The notes beneath the pieces were generated by a model. That model was not told where the DNA came from. It did not search any database and worked only from the letters and a program-made list of their open reading frames with translations. A stretch of DNA of 64,000 nucleotides from Candidatus Parcubacteria bacterium (GTDB lineage Bacteria; Patescibacteriota; Patescibacteriia; Patescibacteriales; UBA12075): contig PKTK01000003.1 in the NCBI GenBank assembly GCA_002869165.1, forward strand, positions 84,195 through 148,194, in the 5' to 3' direction. Made by a program: the position numbers and the translations under genes. Below, in pieces: positions 63,722-64,000 of the stretch; positions within the stretch are counted from its first letter, which is position 1, and every line of letters starts with the position of its first letter.

Positions 63722-64000
63722 GAAGTAGAGGCAACTTGCGATAGAGCAATTATTATCAACAAAGGAAAGATTGTTGTTGAGGGAACTCCTTCAGAACTAG
63801 CCAGAAAGGCCGGAGGCAAGGAAAAGATTTATGTGAAGATTAAGGGTCCAAAGGAAAAGGTTTTGGAGGCTTTGAAAAATCTTGATGAGATAGTTAAGAT
63901 CGAAGAAAAAGACAAAGAAAGTGATGAGATTTTTGGTTATAGCATAGAAGCAAAAGAAGGAATAGACGTAAGAGAAAAACTTTCAACAACTCTAATGAAT
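63722..64000 (+). CDS. continuation of the ABC ATPase reading frame after the in-frame TAA (partial, runs off the window)
   Basis: The same frame translates without a stop to position 64000. It reads EVEATCDRAIIINKGKIVVEGTPSELARKAG.., the expected post-H-loop sequence, and then a C-terminal regulatory-like domain. There is no nearby start codon. Confidence 0.6.

Noticed and set aside
1-64000. tRNA, rRNA, tmRNA or RNase P genes.
   Set aside because: No intergenic segment shows cloverleaf-compatible GC-rich stems or a T-loop GTTCGAATC-like motif. All gaps longer than 100 nt are accounted for by the repeats, hairpins and promoters described in the features list.

Overview
AT-rich bacterial chromosomal window that uses the standard genetic code: TAA, TAG and TGA all terminate genes. 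The compact proteins, sparse Shine-Dalgarno usage, unusual domain fusions and GC-rich TTTGTCAT-capped palindromic units suggest a small-genome Patescibacteria/CPR (Parcubacteria-like) organism. That placement is inference only. Positions 1 to about 37.7 kb form one very large cell-surface glycan biosynthesis and decoration island. It holds about 9 GT2/GT4-type glycosyltransferases, 3 polytopic GT-C-like membrane proteins, 5 SAM methyltransferases, 3 radical-SAM enzymes, an AsnB-type amidotransferase, and a carbamoyltransferase with SxtJ and DUF5989 (sxtIJK-like) partners plus an SGNH hydrolase. It also holds galE, a UDP-galactopyranose-mutase-like flavoenzyme, an RmlD-like reductase, a Wzx flippase, an orphan APS kinase and a WbaP-like initiating phosphotransferase. 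Positions 37.8-64 kb are core housekeeping genes: holB, a BNR-propeller protein, frr, rseP, hpf, secA, secD, secF, proS, mreBCD-mrdA, a CIRCE-controlled hrcA-grpE-hsp20-dnaK-dnaJ-htrA block, and an ABC ATPase running off the window end. I found no rRNA, tRNA, CRISPR array, transposase or integrase. Five things most deserve a second look. (1) Five conserved genes are each interrupted by a single same-frame TAA, and family homology resumes immediately after the stop. (2) GrpE has its N-terminal half replaced by a Nudix hydrolase domain. (3) SecD carries parvulin-type PPIase domains inserted in its periplasmic head. (4) A dispersed GC-rich palindromic repeat family sits just upstream of start codons. 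(5) The glycan island contains carbamoylation, possible sulfation and radical-SAM chemistry. All functional calls come from reading motifs in the supplied translations. No database search was run.
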